Assembly: GCF_009914755.1 (NCBI RefSeq)
Contig: NC_060940.1
Length of the DNA stretch: 64,000 bases
Source of the DNA: the human T2T-CHM13v2.0 reference genome, Homo sapiens
Reading direction: 5' to 3' (one strand)
Under the pieces are notes generated by a model. That model made no database searches. It had not been told where the DNA came from and saw only the letters and a program-made list of their open reading frames with translations. A program made the position numbers and the translations under genes. This document shows, one piece after another, positions 1 through 17,784 of this stretch; the first letter of the stretch is position 1, and each line of letters starts with the position of its first letter.

Positions 1-72
1 TGAACTGAGATCGCGCCACTGCACTCCAGCCTTGGGGACAGAGTGCGACTGTCTCAAAAAAATAAAATAAAA
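1..72 (+). mobile_element. Alu 3' end
   Basis: gagatcgcgccactgcactccagcc followed by A-rich tail. Confidence 0.9.
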
Positions 73-1009
73 TCCTTAAAAATGATTTAAGCAAGGGCAC
101 AATTGTGATCAGATCTCACTTTAGGATGGTCACTCTAATAGCAGGGGTGAGGTAGTTGGGGTAAGGGAAATCTGTGCCCTCTCCTAGGCTGCTGGACCCT
201 CCCCACCACACCTCCTCTGAAAACCACTTCTCTATGTACCTCAGAGAGTTCAACCTTTTCCCCCAGGATCTATGGGCACCTTCTAGATAATAGCAAAAGC
301 GGTATCGTTCTCATCCCAAATCATCACTTTCTGGACTGCCTCCCAGTCCCATGCTTCTCCTTCTATCAGCTGTTATTGTTGTTTTGTTTCTAATTTCCAA
401 TCTGCTAGAAACGTAATTTTATTATATACAAAATCTTACACTCGGGTACCGTGGCAATGTCAAATTTCTATACAGGTCTCTAAATGCTTTCCCTCATTTT
501 CTGCATTTGTCTTGTCACAGGCTGATCAAAAATGTTTGTGGAAGTCCAGTTTCCAGTTTGGCATTTAAAGCACTTGGAAGCTGCCCCTTCATCATAACAG
601 GTGGAAAGCTGAGCAAACTGAAAACTCAACAACCTGACTTGGGTCTGTAAGAGTGAGATCACAGGGCAAACTGCTGCCTCTGAAATTGGAGAGACAAACA
701 GGTAGATACAGAAAACAACTTGTCAGAGCAGAGACCTCTGTGGGGACCAAAACCAGGTAGGAAAACCTGAATTGTAATTGACCAATTGCCAGAGACTGGT
801 TGTGTACAAATCTGACAGTTAAAAACCCCTGAAGGACCCAGTCATGGGGAGGTAGGGGGCCATTTTTTGAGGTTTGCCTCTTAGAGCTCTACCAGGTTAT
901 TACAGTGAATATCAGAGAAAAATTCCCCCTCATGCTTCTAGCGGGGTGGGAGGGGGAAAGAAACCACTTGAAATACAATACAATACAGCACTCTCTTCCA
1001 TTGTGTCCT

Positions 1010-1612
<603 letters not shown>

Positions 1613-2262
1613 TAACAAGATCTGCTATTTGACCACAGCCTAACCTGATGGGGTTTTATCAGAGCCCAGGTGTTTTGGGGGAAGTGAAATACTCAATTTC
1701 AGCCCCCTCTATACTTCCATGTGGGAGAAGAGAAATACCCCACTCCAGCTCTCTCCAGCCATCCTGTCCCTCCTAAGCGGGGGAAACTGAGAAACGCATG
1801 TGAAGTTCATAGTTCAGAGGCATCGATTCACTAAAAGACAGAGGCAGGCCTAATCACAGGACTATAGAATGTTTCCCCTCTCCCCACACCTACCGTGAGA
1901 TTACTGAAGGCCTATTTACGGCAAGTCCTTTTGCCCAGTACATCACGCGCAGCTACCAGGAAAAAATTACAAGGCATACTGAAGGGCAAAAAACACAGTT
2001 TGAAGACACAGAGCTAGCATCAGAACCAGACTGAGACATAGCAAGGATTTTGGAATTATTAGATTGGGAATTTAAAAGAACTATTTTTTTTTAGGCTGAA
2101 CTGTGTCTCTAAGTGATGTTTATTACCCTGTCTTTCCCAAGATCAAACATATTGCTAATGGTTAGATTAATTTCAGAAAAGTAAATTGAGCAGTGCCTGA
2201 AATTGAACAAGTGATGCTACAGTTCAAGTCAAAGTCAGACTTCGTTAAACTGAATTCAAGTA

Positions 2263-2299
2263 TTAGGTTGGGGCAAAAGTAATTGTGGTTTTTGCCATT
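2263..2299 (+). mobile_element. MADE1/Hsmar1 TIR fragment
   Basis: TA + ttaggttggggcaaaagtaattgtggtttttgccatt. Confidence 0.75.
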
Positions 2300-2319
2300 C
2301 CTTTTTTAAAAAAAATTAC

Positions 2320-2528
2320 TATTTTTATTTTAAGTTCCAGTACATGTGCAGGATGTGCAGGTTTGTTACTTAGGCAAATGTGTGCCATGGTGGTTTGCTG
2401 TACCTATCAACCCGTCACCTAGTTATTAAGCCTAGCATGCATTAGCTATTTTTCCTAATGGTCTCTCTCCCCTCACCCTATGCACCAACAGGCCCCAGTG
2501 TGTGTTGTTCCCCTCCCTGTGTCCATGT
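2320..2528 (-). mobile_element. L1PA 3' end (5'-truncated)
   Basis: tacatgtgcaggatgtgcaggtttgttac...ccctccctgtgtccatgt = antisense L1PA 3' UTR. Confidence 0.9.
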
Positions 2529-2542
2529 AAACCAACTATAAT

Positions 2543-2932
2543 TGTTATAGTTGAAATGTTTTTGTCCATTCTAAAACTCTTGTATTGAAAACTTAATCTT
2601 CGATGCAATTATATTGAGAGGTGGGCCTAACAGAAGGTTTTTAGGTCATGAGGGCCTGGCCCTTATGAATGGATTAATGCCAATATCAAAAGAGTTTGCA
2701 AGAGTAGGGTCTCTCTTTTTCACTCTTCCGGTATGTGAGAATACAACTTTCACTCTCACTTGTTCTTCTGCCTTCTGCCATGGGAGGACACAGCAAGAAG
2801 GCACTAGACACCAGATACTAACAACCTAATCTTGGACTTCTCAACCTCCAGAGTTGTGAGAAATAAATTTCTGTTCTGTATAAATTATCTCATCTGTGGT
2901 ATTCTGTTATAGCAGCACAAATTAACCAAGAC
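2543..2932 (+). mobile_element. MaLR solo LTR (MST-like)
   Basis: TG...CA ends, gtgagaaataaatttctgttc...ttatagcagcacaaa. Confidence 0.8.
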
Positions 2933-5900
2933 AATGATAAAGATACTAATGACTCTAAGGAATGAAGTAGAGGGCACGCAAAGACAGATGAGAAACATAA
3001 GCTGAGACATGGAAATTCAAAAAAAGAATTAAAAAAATACTAGAGATAAAAAACAATGTAAGAGAAATGAAGAATACTTTTGATGGGCTAATTAGTAGAC
3101 TGAGGCAAGAATCTCTGAGCTTGGCGATATCTCAATAGAAACTACCAAGACTAAAAAGCAAAGAGAAAAGTAACTGAAAAAAAAAAGAGAAAACAGAATA
3201 TCCAAGAACTATGGGACAACTACAAAAGGTGTAATCAGATGTGATGAGAATACTCGAAGGAGCATAAACAGTGAAAGGGCACATAAAAAATATTTGAAGC
3301 CATAATGACTGGGAATTTTCCCCCAGTTAATGTCAGACACCAAACCACAGATCCAAGAAGCTCAGAGAACATCAAGCAGGACCGATGCAAAACAACTGAA
3401 ACCAAACAAACAAAAAACTACTCCTAAGCATATCACATTAAAAGTATAGGAAATCAAAGGTAAAGAAACAATCTTGAAGGAAGCCAGATGAAAAAACACC
3501 TTACCTATAGAGGAGTTCATTACATCTGAACTTCTCCTCAGAAACCATGCAAACAAGAAGACAGTAGTGTGAAATTCTGAAAGTGTTAAGAGAAAAAAAC
3601 AAAACGAAACAAAATCATCAACCTAGAATTCTATGTCCTGTAAAATTACCCTTCAAAAGTAAAGGAGAAATAAAGACTTTCTCAGACAAACAAAAATTGA
3701 GGGAAAGCATTGTAAATAGATCTGCCTTGCAATAAATGTTTAAAAAGATTATTTAGAGAGAAGAAAACTTATATAGGCCAGAAACTTGGATCTACATCAA
3801 GAAAAAAAGATCATCAGAGAAGGAATAAATTAAGAAAAAATAAAAATTTTTATTTTTCTTATTTTTCATTGTTTTAACAGATAATGTTTTATTCAAAATA
3901 ATACTAGTGACAACAGCGTTTGATTATATATACATATATATGCTTATCTATAAGCAAAATGAATGACAACAATGTGATATTAGGGATAGGAAGGAGGAAC
4001 TAGAATTATTTTATTATGAAAAGGTAATCATGTTACCTATGAAGCAGTATCATATTATTTGAAAGAAGACCTGGATTGGCTGTAAATGTATATGGCAAAC
4101 TCTAGAGCAACCACTGAAAAAAGTAAAAAAAAAAAAAAAAAAAGAAATATAACTCATACGTTAAGAAAGGAAACAAATATTGTTAAATAGTTAATTAAAA
4201 CCATAAAAGGCAGAAAAGGAGAAGACAAAAATAGAAACAAAGAACAAGAATAACAAATATACAACAGGAACAACCATGATATATGTTAATCCAGCTATAT
4301 AAATAATCATTTTAAATGTCAGTGGTCTAAATGTACCAATGAAAAGAAGTTGTGTATGAGCCTGACAACAGAGTCAAAAACATATGAGGCAAAACCTGAT
4401 AGAACTGCAAGGAGAAGTAGATGAATCCACTATTAGGGTTAGAGACCTTAACACTTCTTTATCAGAAATGGATAGATCCAGCAGGCAGGAAATCAGTAAC
4501 GACAAAGTCAAACTCAACAACACCATCAATCAACTTGATATAATACATCTATAGACTATTTCATCCAATAACAGCAGAATACACATTCTTCACAAACTCA
4601 CATGGAACATTCATCAAGACAGAACATATTCTGGGCCATAAAAAAACACCTTAACAAATTTAAAGGAGTACAAATCATACAATATATGCTCTCAAAACAC
4701 AATGGAATTAAACTAGAAATCATTGACAGAAAGATTAACTGCAAAATCCCAAAATAACTTGGAGATTAAATAATACATTTCTAGATAACACAGTGGTCAA
4801 ATGAGAAATCTCAAAAGAAATTTCAAAATATTTTAAAATAAATAAAAATGAAACTGCAGTTTATTATAGGTTACAGAAAACCCAGTGCTTAAAGGAAATT
4901 TTATATAGCATTGAATGCATATGTTAGAAAAGAAAAAAAATCTAAAATCAATAATTTAAATTTCTACCTTAGGAAACCAGAAAAAGAAGAAAAAAATGAA
5001 ATCCAAAATAAGCAGAAGAAAAGAAAATAAAACAAAAAGTGGTACAAATTATAGCAAAGGTAGCCTGCTATATACAAAGTTCATATTCAAAAGTCAATAG
5101 CTTTACCACATACCAGCAGGCAACAAGTGTAATTTGAAATTGAAAACATGATACCATTTACATTAGCACCACTACAAATAAAATAATTTTAAATTTAATG
5201 AAATCTGTGCAAGGTCTATAGGAAGAAAACTATACAATTGATAAAAGAAATTGGAGAACTACATAAATGAAGAGATATTCTATGTTCATGGATAGAAGGA
5301 CTCAATGTGGTTAAGATGTCTTTTCTTCCCAACTTGATCTAGAAATTCAACACAACCTCAATCAAAATCCCATCAAGTTATTTTGTGGATATCGACAAAC
5401 TGATTCTAAATTTTATATGGATAGGCAAAAGACCCAGAATAGCCAACAGGTATGACATGATATGAAATGATAAACAAGAATAAAGTTGAAGTTCTGACAA
5501 TACCAACTTCAAGATTTGCTATAAAGGTATGGTAATAAAGATAGTGTGATATTGGTGAAAGAGTAGACAAATAGATTAATGGAATAAAATAGAAGCCAGA
5601 AAATAGACTCACATAAACATAGTCAAATGATCATAGACAAAGAAGCAAAGGCAATACAATGGAGGAAAGACAGTCTTTTCAACAAATGATGCTAGAACAA
5701 CTGGAAATCTGCATTAAAAAAAATGAATCTAGACAAAGGCTTTAAACTCTTCACAAAAATTTACTCAAATAGATCACAAAACTAAATTTAAAACACAAAA
5801 CAATAAAATTCCTAGAAGATAACATAGGAGAAAAATCTAGATGACTTTGGGTTTGGTGCTGACTTTTTACATACAACACCAGAGACATGATCCATGAAAG

Positions 5901-6098
5901 AAAGAACTGATAAGCTAAACTTTATTAAAATTAGAAATTTCTGCTTTGTGGAAGACACTGTTAAGAGAATAAAAAGACAAGCCAGGGACTGAGAAAAAAT
6001 ATTTGGAAAAGATATATCTGATAAAGGACTGTTATACAAAATACACAAAGAACTCTTAAACTTAAAAATAGGAAAACAAGCAACCTGATTTTAAAAAT

Positions 6099-6409
6099 GG
6101 GCCAAGTTGTGTATGGTGGCCCATGCTTGTAATCCCAGCAGATTGGGAGGCTGAGGCAGGAGGATTACTTGAAGCCAGGTGTTCGAGATCGGTCTGGGAA
6201 CATGGGGAAATCCCATCTCTACAAACAAATTTAAAAAATTTAACCAGGCATGGTGGTGTGTGCCTGTGGTTCTAGCTACTCTGGAGGCTGAGGAAACGGG
6301 TTGCTTGAGCCCGGGAGGTAGAGGCTGCAGTAAGCAGTGATTGTACCACTGCACTTTTAGCTTTGCTGACAGTCAGACCCTGTCTCAAAAAAAAAAAAAA
6401 AAAAAAAAG
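6099..6409 (+). mobile_element. Alu (AluJ-like)
   Basis: diverged full Alu with A tail. Confidence 0.88.
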
Positions 6410-6938
6410 ATGTTGGGGGGGAGGCTAAATGCCTTAACAGACATCTCACCAAAGAAGACATACAGATGGAAAATCATCCCACAAATATATGGTCGACTGA
6501 TCTTCGACAAGGGCGCCAAGTATACGCAATAGGGAAAAGGCAGTCTCTTCAACAAATGGTATTGGGAAAACTGGATATCCACATGCAATAGAATGAAACT
6601 GGACCCTTATACCATAAACAAAAATTAATTGAAATTGATTAAAGACTTAAATGTAAGACCTGAAAATGTAAAACTGCTAGAAGAAAACATAGTAGAAAAG
6701 TATCAAGACATTGGTCTTGGCAATGACTTCATGGATATAACACCAAAAGCACAGGCAGCAAAAACAAAAATAGACAAGTGGGAGTCCATCAAACTAAGAA
6801 GCTTTTCCACAGCAAAGGAAACAATCAACAGAGTGAAAAAGCAACCTAAGGAATGGGAGGGAATATTTGCAAACCATATGTCAGATAAGAAGTTAATTTC
6901 AGAAATTAAAGATTTATTATTTAATTTCAGAAATTAAA

Positions 6939-7500
<562 letters not shown>

Positions 7501-9658
7501 TAATATCTAATTTCAGAAATTAAATAAACTCCTGCAACTCAATAGCAAAAACACTAATAATCCAACGTAAAAATGGGCCTGGACTCGAATAGACATTTCT
7601 TCAAAGAAGACAAAAATGGCCAACATGTATATGAAAAATACTCAACATCACACTAATCATCAGAGAAGTGCAAGTCAAAACCATGAGATACTACCTCACA
7701 CCTGTTTAGATAATGGCTATTATCAAAAAAAAAATAAAAAAGCATGTTGGTAAGGATGTGGAGAAATGGGAAACCTTGTACTATTGATGAGAATACAAAA
7801 TGATGCAGCCACTATGGAAAACAGTATAAAAATTTCTCAGAAAATTAAAAATAAAAATACTGTATGATGCAGCAATCCAATCTAAAACCATTGAAATCAG
7901 GATCTCAAACAGATATTAGCACTCCAATGCTCACTGCAGCACTACTCACAGTAGTCAAGAAGTGGCGACAACAACCTGATGTTCTTTGGCAGATGAATGG
8001 ATTATTTAAATGGTGGCATATACATACAGTGGGATATTATTTAGCCTGAAAAAAGAAGGACATTCCGACACGTGCTACAACATGGATGAACCTTGAGGTC
8101 ATTATGCTAAGTGAAATAAGCCAGTCATGGAAAGACAAATACTACATGACTCCACTTATATGAGGTACCCAGAATAGTAAACTCATCAAATCAGAGAGCA
8201 GAATTATGCTTGCCAGGGAATCGGGATGGGGGAATGGGAAGCTGCTCAATCATCACACATAAAGTCTCAATTATGCAAGATGTGGATCTGGAGATCCAAT
8301 GTACAGCATTGTCTCTATAGTTAACAACAGAGTGTTAACTGTGTACATTGTACACTTTAACATTTGTTAAGAGGTTAGATCTTATGTTAAGTATTTCTTA
8401 TCAAAATTAATTTTTCAAAAAGAAGAAATACAAATGGCAAATAGGCATATAATGCTCCCCATTATATGTCCTTAGGGAAATGCAAATGAGAGGCCACTAC
8501 ACACCTATTAAAATAGCCAAAAGCCAGAACACTGACAACACCAAACGCTGACATGGATGTGAAGAAACAGTAACTCTCATTCATTGCTGGTGGAAATGCA
8601 AAATGGTCCAGTCACTATGAAAGTTTGGCAGCTTCTAACAAACCTAAGCATAATTTTAATGTTTGATCTAGCAATCACATTATCACATTCTTCGGTATTT
8701 ACCCAAAGGAGGTGAAAATTTATGTCGACCCAAGAACCTGCACACAGGTTTACAATAGCTTCATTCATAATTGCCAGAACATGGAGGCAACCATGTTCTT
8801 TAGTAGGTGAATGGGTAAAAAAAACTGTGGTATATCCAGATGATGGAATATTATTCAGTGCTAAAAAAAATGAGTTATGAAGTCATGAAATGATATGGAG
8901 GTAACAAATACATATGACTAAGTGAAAGAAGCCAGTGTTAAAAGGCTACATACTACATGATTCCAATTATATGCAATTCTTAGAAAGGCAAAACTATGGA
9001 TATACTGAAAAGATCAGCTGTTGCCAGGTGTTAGGAAGAGGGAGGGATGAACAGGCAGAACCCAGAAGATTTTTAGGGTGGTGAACTGACTCTGTATGAT
9101 ACTATAGTGGTAGAAACATGTCATTATAGCTTTGTCCAAACCCATAGAATGTACAACATGAACTGTGAACCCTAATGTAAACTATGGACTTTGGGTGATA
9201 ATGATGTGTTAATGTAGGTTCAGCAATTGTAACAAACGCACCATTCTGGTGTGGGATGTCGATGAGAGAAGCTGTGTATGTGTGGGGGTAGCAGGTATGT
9301 GGGAAACTTTTGTACCTTCTGCTCAATTTTACTATGAACCAAAAACTGCTCTAAAAATTAAGCCTATTTTTTAAAAAATATATGTGGGCTGTCAGTCTAT
9401 GGAGCACACTTGGAGTTGCACTGTGGACTGTGGCCTTTCTAGGTATGGAGACGTTGATTCCTCAACCCTGGGTCCCCAGCCCTTTGTTCAAGTATCGCTG
9501 ATGGTGGAACAGACCCAGGTGTGAGCTTTGAGGGGGCTAGAAGGCAGAATTGACCCAACCTGATGAAGAGGAACATGTACTGATTGGGTAACTGGGGCAA
9601 GAGTGATGCCATGACCCAAAACATGATGAGGAGGAGGGTATAGAGAGAGACAGGCTCA

Positions 9659-10333
<675 letters not shown>

Positions 10334-10591
10334 CTAAAAGCTCAGTTAAGGACACAAATGCTCCCGGTGGAGCACAGAAAGAGAGTAGGTCTAGAGGGGA
10401 TATTTTAGAATGGAAGCAAGTAAGGAAAAGAAATTAAGTGAAGAGGGAGAATTTTAAGATATAGAAAGAGTTAAGATACCAGAGGAAAACGGGAAAGAGA
10501 AAGCAAAGGACTAGCTAGATAGGAGAAAGGCTATCATTCCCTTAAAAATGAGGAACAGAGGTAAGACTGGGCACAGAAAAAATACAGAAAT

Positions 10592-10885
<294 letters not shown>

Positions 10886-11496
10886 GAAAAAAATAAAAAA
10901 TTACAGAAATAATGTATTGTGCTTTGCTGAAAAAATTATCCCATTTGGTTTTACAATTAAGTCTGCATTACTTCAGCTTCTCAGTGGGTTTCAAGGTTTT
11001 CAAAATGAAAATGTCAAGGAAGTACCAGTTTCCAACTTCTTCTAAAACTTGTCTATTCAATCTCTATTTTTTTGGTCCTCATCTTTTTGAGCAAATAAGT
11101 GATAACCCCTTATTTCTTAGCCACTCGGGAATAAACAGGAGCTACAGTCCATATCTGGTCCTGTTTCTGCTCTAAGGAACAATTCCACCAGCCCCAACAC
11201 AACTGGCAAAAAATCAAGGCAGTACTGAATCCTTCCTTCCTTTCTTTTTCCACCTCTGAATATGGCAGTGCCTTCTGGAGGTATACATGTTCACTCTTGC
11301 AGGATTTACGAGTTGTAAGTTGTCCTCATGATGTATGTTAATTATATTAAGCAGATGCAGACAGGAAGATCATATCAGGGTTTATAATCCACAGCCGGGT
11401 TATAAACTCTGTGAAGGAAGGACTATGGCTACTGTGGTCTCCACTTACGGCCAACGCTGCCCCAGTACCCAGTACTTAGTAGGTGCTGAGTGAGTA

Positions 11497-11833
11497 TAGT
11501 CATGTGCCACATAGCAACATTTTGGTCAATAATGAACTGCATATGTGATCCCATAAGATTATAATACCGTATTTTTACTGTACCTTTTCTATATTTAGAC
11601 ATGTTTAGAGACACAAATACCATTGTATTACAACTGCCTACAGTATTCAGTACAGTAACACACTGTACAGCTGTGTCGGCTAGGAGTGATAGGTTACACC
11701 ACAAATTCGAGGTGTGTAGTAGGCTATGCCATCTAGGTGTGTGTAAGTGCACTCTATGATGTTCATGCAACAATGAAATCACCTAACAAAGCATTTCTCA
11801 GAATTATCCCCATCGTGAAGCAGTGCATGACTG
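11497..11833 (+). mobile_element. Tigger3-like DNA transposon (MITE)
   Basis: TIRs (c/t)agtcatg...catgactg, flanking TA, internal cccataagattataataccgtatttttactgtacc. Confidence 0.8.
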
Positions 11834-12439
11834 TATTTGTAGAATGTCTGTTTGAAGTAATAAGATGCAGGTAACATTACATGAAAACCTGAAGATACTA
11901 ATCATTTAAGCATATGTTGTAACCAAACTCATCAAATTTCTAAAAACAAAAATATTCTTAAATGCTTTTTGTCTCTGAAATGTTTCACTCCTCTCCATCT
12001 ACTAATTGCTATGCACAACAGAAATTTACTACACTTAATTCATTGAAATGCTTATGGGACAACTAGAGCTAGGAACATTCTTTCTCTTTCCTTCTTTCAT
12101 ATACTCCCAAATCCCATCTTTTTCAAAACATTGCCCAAAATATTGAACAGTCTGTCTCACAGCTGGCTTTACACAGGACCATGATAGCTGTACTACACAA
12201 AAACAAAACAAAAAATAAAAATAATGAAAGGAGACACATTTCTTGAGAGCGTTTCTCAAGAAATGTGCTCTTTAAGAGGAAAAAAGATGAAACAATATGA
12301 AAGAATTTTAAACACTTAGGTATTTCAGTCGTGCCTCAAAACCAACTGCTGGGCCCACACTGAACATGGATCTTTTTCCCTCTAGACCTAATTTTACCGG
12401 GTTCCAACTCAAAACATCCCCATCCCACCACAACTTAAT

Positions 12440-13170
12440 TGTTTAAGCACTCTGGATGCCATTGACATGCTTTTCCTCTGCCATCACATGGAATCAGTCA
12501 TCAAGTCCATTTATTTCTAGCATCTGAGCATCTTCCATCAATTCAGATCTCTCTCCTTCCCCTGGCCACTCTTAGCTCAGGCCAACAACCACTTGCAGAA
12601 ACCTAACTGATCTCTCAATATCCAATCTTGCTGGCCTCTAATGCATTCCCCATGCTACCACCAAAGTGATATATTTAAAATGCAGACCTGGTCAGGTAAA
12701 TGCTTAAAACCTTAAGGGCCCCCCCTGTTTGCAAGATGAAATGCAAGTTTGTTGGCCAGGCATATAAAAGCCCTTCACAGCCTTGCCTCTGCCTGTGCCT
12801 GCTCTCTTCTCTCTCCCATCTCTGCATACATCCCTCATGATCCTCTATACCGGACTACTCCAAGGTTCTCCATTGTCACTGGTCTTTGTTCCCCTTGCCT
12901 GGAGCCCTGTTCCTGCCAGGGATCAACCCCAATGCCCTCTCCTCTAGGAAGCCTTCCTTAACTTTGCCCACACTCCACCAGATTTAATTAGGGACTGGGC
13001 CCATGTACTACCATGATCCCTGGAGCTCCCCCTTATCATGCTGTGCTGAAATGATCTGTTTATGGCTTCATCTCTACAATAGGTGATAAGCTTCAAGTTG
13101 TGCCAGGGTGAAGACTGCATGCCATTTAACATTTTGTCCCCTGGCCAGAGCCAATGCCTACTTTGTTGAA
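12440..13170. mobile_element. L2 fragment
   Basis: diverged L2-like 3' region ending tgttgaat. Confidence 0.5.
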
Positions 13171-14481
13171 TTCAGGGAGTATTTTTATTCATATTTGATT
13201 CTCTGGATTTATCACAACGTTAAAACACAGCAGGTATGCATGAATAGCAATGAATAAACAGAACATTCCATTGGATAAAATCCAGTTCTTAGATGAACAC
13301 GCTGATGCTTTCTACTTGTACCCATATCTGGTGCCAAGATGTTTGCATGACATGTACAAATGACAAGTAGACATTTATTTCTGACATTTATTTCTAATGT
13401 GAAGAAACTATTATTAAGAATGGGGTTGTGATACAGACGTTGATAGGGTGAATTTCCAGAAGTTGGGACAAGCATCTTCAAGTTGGCAGAATGTGCTTTG
13501 GAGTCAAAAAATAAGTTTAATCGTATCACTTACTAGCAAGTCATTTCACCTTGCTGGGACTCAGTTTCCTCATGTGAAAAACAAGTCTTCTCCAGCTTCA
13601 AAAGCCTGCAAGTGGAAGTGGCCTGCTATTTTTATGCACTGCATTTAAAAGTATTTTGAATAAAGAGGCTCCTGAAAAAAAAAATAGTGCATAGATGTGT
13701 CTTGCAAATGACACTTTAGTATACTCATATATAAAGTTTAAAGATGGCACATACGTTGAAGTAACTTAGCAATAAGTTATTCTAAAACATGTTGTGAAGA
13801 AAAAATATATAAACAATTATAGACAAAATTATAAAGTGCCTGGTGTTTTAAAAGAATGTACAGTGAATACAGCAACCACTGCAGTCAGGAAGTCTAGTGG
13901 TAACCAACCTATGATTTGCAGTATTTGTAAAATTTTTTTAAACTGTCTAAAATTGCACCATTTTCTTTTTCTTTTTTTTTTTAAACTACTACATAAACAG
14001 TAGTACAAGATGATTCCACAACGCTTTGTCATTATATGTACTTGGAACTTTTAAGTCACTGGTCTAATATAGCCCTTTCATAAAATACAATTCATTTTGG
14101 TCTCCTCATTGGCAATGCCATAGTGTTGAAGATATTGGAATCAATATTATTACATATAAAATCCTGAGTATCTTAATTTTAATGTCTTTTATAACTGCCT
14201 TGCTCAAATTTATGATTTACATAAATTTAAAGAAACTCTGATAGAAACTTACGTCTTCTGTTTTCCAGATTCCCAAGTTAATGGGGCCTTGGCTATATGA
14301 AAGCTTCCTATTTTAGCCTCTTAAAATTGGATGCACATTTAGAAAAGGCTCTTAGCTCTCTCTTATTATCCTGTACACTTTAACAAAGTAATGTACAGAA
14401 ATACTTGTGTTTTCTTAGGTTGCTCAAAAGAGTTTCTTAATAAGGCCATAAACTCTATGTACAGTCTTACCAAAAGTCATT

Positions 14482-14795
<314 letters not shown>

Positions 14796-14994
14796 TAACG
14801 TTTTATCTATATGTGATCTTACAGTTTTAATTTTGGAGCTCTTCCACAGGAGCTTTAAGTTCTTTTGTTATTTTAAGCCTCAGATAAACTAAAATTTTTT
14901 AAAGTATTATAGTCTTATAGATTATGCATTTAACAGACCAGAAAAGTATAAAATACCTTATTCCTTCTTACCAAATATAAAAGAAAATGTTTTA

Positions 14995-15019
14995 TACACA
15001 CACACCCACACACACACAC
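14995..15019. repeat. (CA)n microsatellite, interrupted
   Basis: acacacacacccacacacacacac. Confidence 0.85.
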
Positions 15020-15331
15020 GAGCCTCAGAACCTACGAGACTCTTCAAAGTGGTAGTTTTTCAAGGAAGGGTACTCATTTGTTTTTCATGGAAACCCACAT
15101 ATTTAAATTCAAAGATTACTATTTTTTTTCTTTTTTAAAAAGCATGCCTTATTTCTAGTGAATTCCTAAAACATAGAAAGCTGTTAAATACTTTTGGGCA
15201 ATGACATACACTTTTGATGCCTCAAACTCTGAAACTGTAAACAAACCAGATTCCACCCCACTTCCAACAAACCATGTCCCAGTTGATTTCCCTCTTTCTA
15301 TCTGATGTGCTCCTTCAAGATTCAAGCCTCT

Positions 15332-15680
15332 TGCTGGGGAGGGGAGGAGAGTGGTGACGGCGGGGGGGGGGGGTGGTGGGGGGCGAAGGGGAGAGATTGG
15401 TCAATGGGTCTGAAGCTACAGATGGAAAAGAGGAGTAAACTCTGGTGTTCTATTGCACAGTAGGGTGATTGTGGTTAACAATATTGCATTATGTATTTCA
15501 AAATACTAGAAGATTTTGAATGTTCTCATCACAAAGAAATTATGTTTTTGAAGTGATACATAAGCTAATTATCCTAATTTGATCATTACACAATATGTAA
15601 ATGTATTAAAATGTCACACTGTATCCCGTAAATATGTGCTATTGTGTCAATTACAAATAAAATGAAACTTAAAAAAAAAG
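15332..15680 (+). mobile_element. L1M 3' end with expanded G-tract
   Basis: gtgttctattgcacagtagggtg...tgttctcatcacaaagaaat...A tail. Confidence 0.75.
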
Positions 15681-15849
15681 CAAGCCTCTCATTCTCTGTA
15701 ATGCCTACTCCATCAGCTGCAGTTCTTTTTCCTCATGAATTCTGGAAGCTTTGGATTTCTGATTATGCGTAATTAGATTGGTTTCTCAGTTTCTTTTTAC
15801 TTTTTCCCATCCCTACCCCCTAGTCTAAGAGCTAATAGAGCTACACTAA

Positions 15850-16188
<339 letters not shown>

Positions 16189-16489
16189 TGATGGGTTCCC
16201 AGTGCTGGAAGTGCCAGAAGATGGGATGCTACAACACGGCTCAATGAATGAATGACTATTCTGGTATTCAAAGATTCAAGTGTACATCCTTTTACCCAGG
16301 TCAGTTTTAAGGGCAAAGACTATTTTATTATCTCGTGTCATTTATTTAACTATGGTCATGACCATAATGAGCTAAAGATTAAACTATATTCATGAGGATT
16401 GAAAGACTCGGGTTCCCTGGGCCTAGTATCTCACTCAAAAAAAAAAGCTAGATTTATAATATTGACTGCTGTTAGAAGGATCACTGTGA

Positions 16490-16825
<336 letters not shown>

Positions 16826-16841
16826 TAAAGTCAATATACTT

Positions 16842-17127
<286 letters not shown>

Positions 17128-17784
17128 AAAGTCAATATACATGATAGAAAATCAGAGCAAAAATTATCCTTGAAAATTCTTTCAGTGGGTCTCCCCAATA
17201 ATATAGCATATATGGTTGTGTACTACCTCACTATGTCTCATAAAGCATAATATAACTTTGTATAATTTCCACCAGAGTTTGATGGAAACAGAGCTGTTTC
17301 CTCCATTCAGCATTGTGGAAAGTCATCATTTTAGGGGCCATGTACTAGAAAAAGATACTTCTTTTTCCTAACTGCATATAATTGAATTACATGAGCATTT
17401 TCTGCAACAGCACTCAACAAAGCATTGTAAAGATGAGTTAATTCTACAAATAAAAACTGCAGGCCTGAGGGTAGTGACAAACGCTAAAGAATCTATCAAT
17501 TCAGAAACTATCATAATACATCCTTGAATGTCAAGTCTCCAGTAACACTGGAAAACTGCCCTCATCTTTCTCAAAGTTGCCTGTCAGCTTTGCAACATCT
17601 TTCCTAGAGTATATGCGTCTTTTATTCCTTTACATAGGAATTGTTTGCCAATAAAGCAATTTTTTCAAAAGTATTTCTCTAAAATAAGAATAAAGTCTAG
17701 ATTGTGGAAAAATCCTTCCTTATATTTGGCTACAACTTATATTTTTATGTTTTAAAATCATAAACAAATCGTCTCAAAAAAAAA

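Noticed and set aside
6629-6937. 102-aa ORF resembling a real protein
   Set aside because: Fragment of dead L1 ORF2
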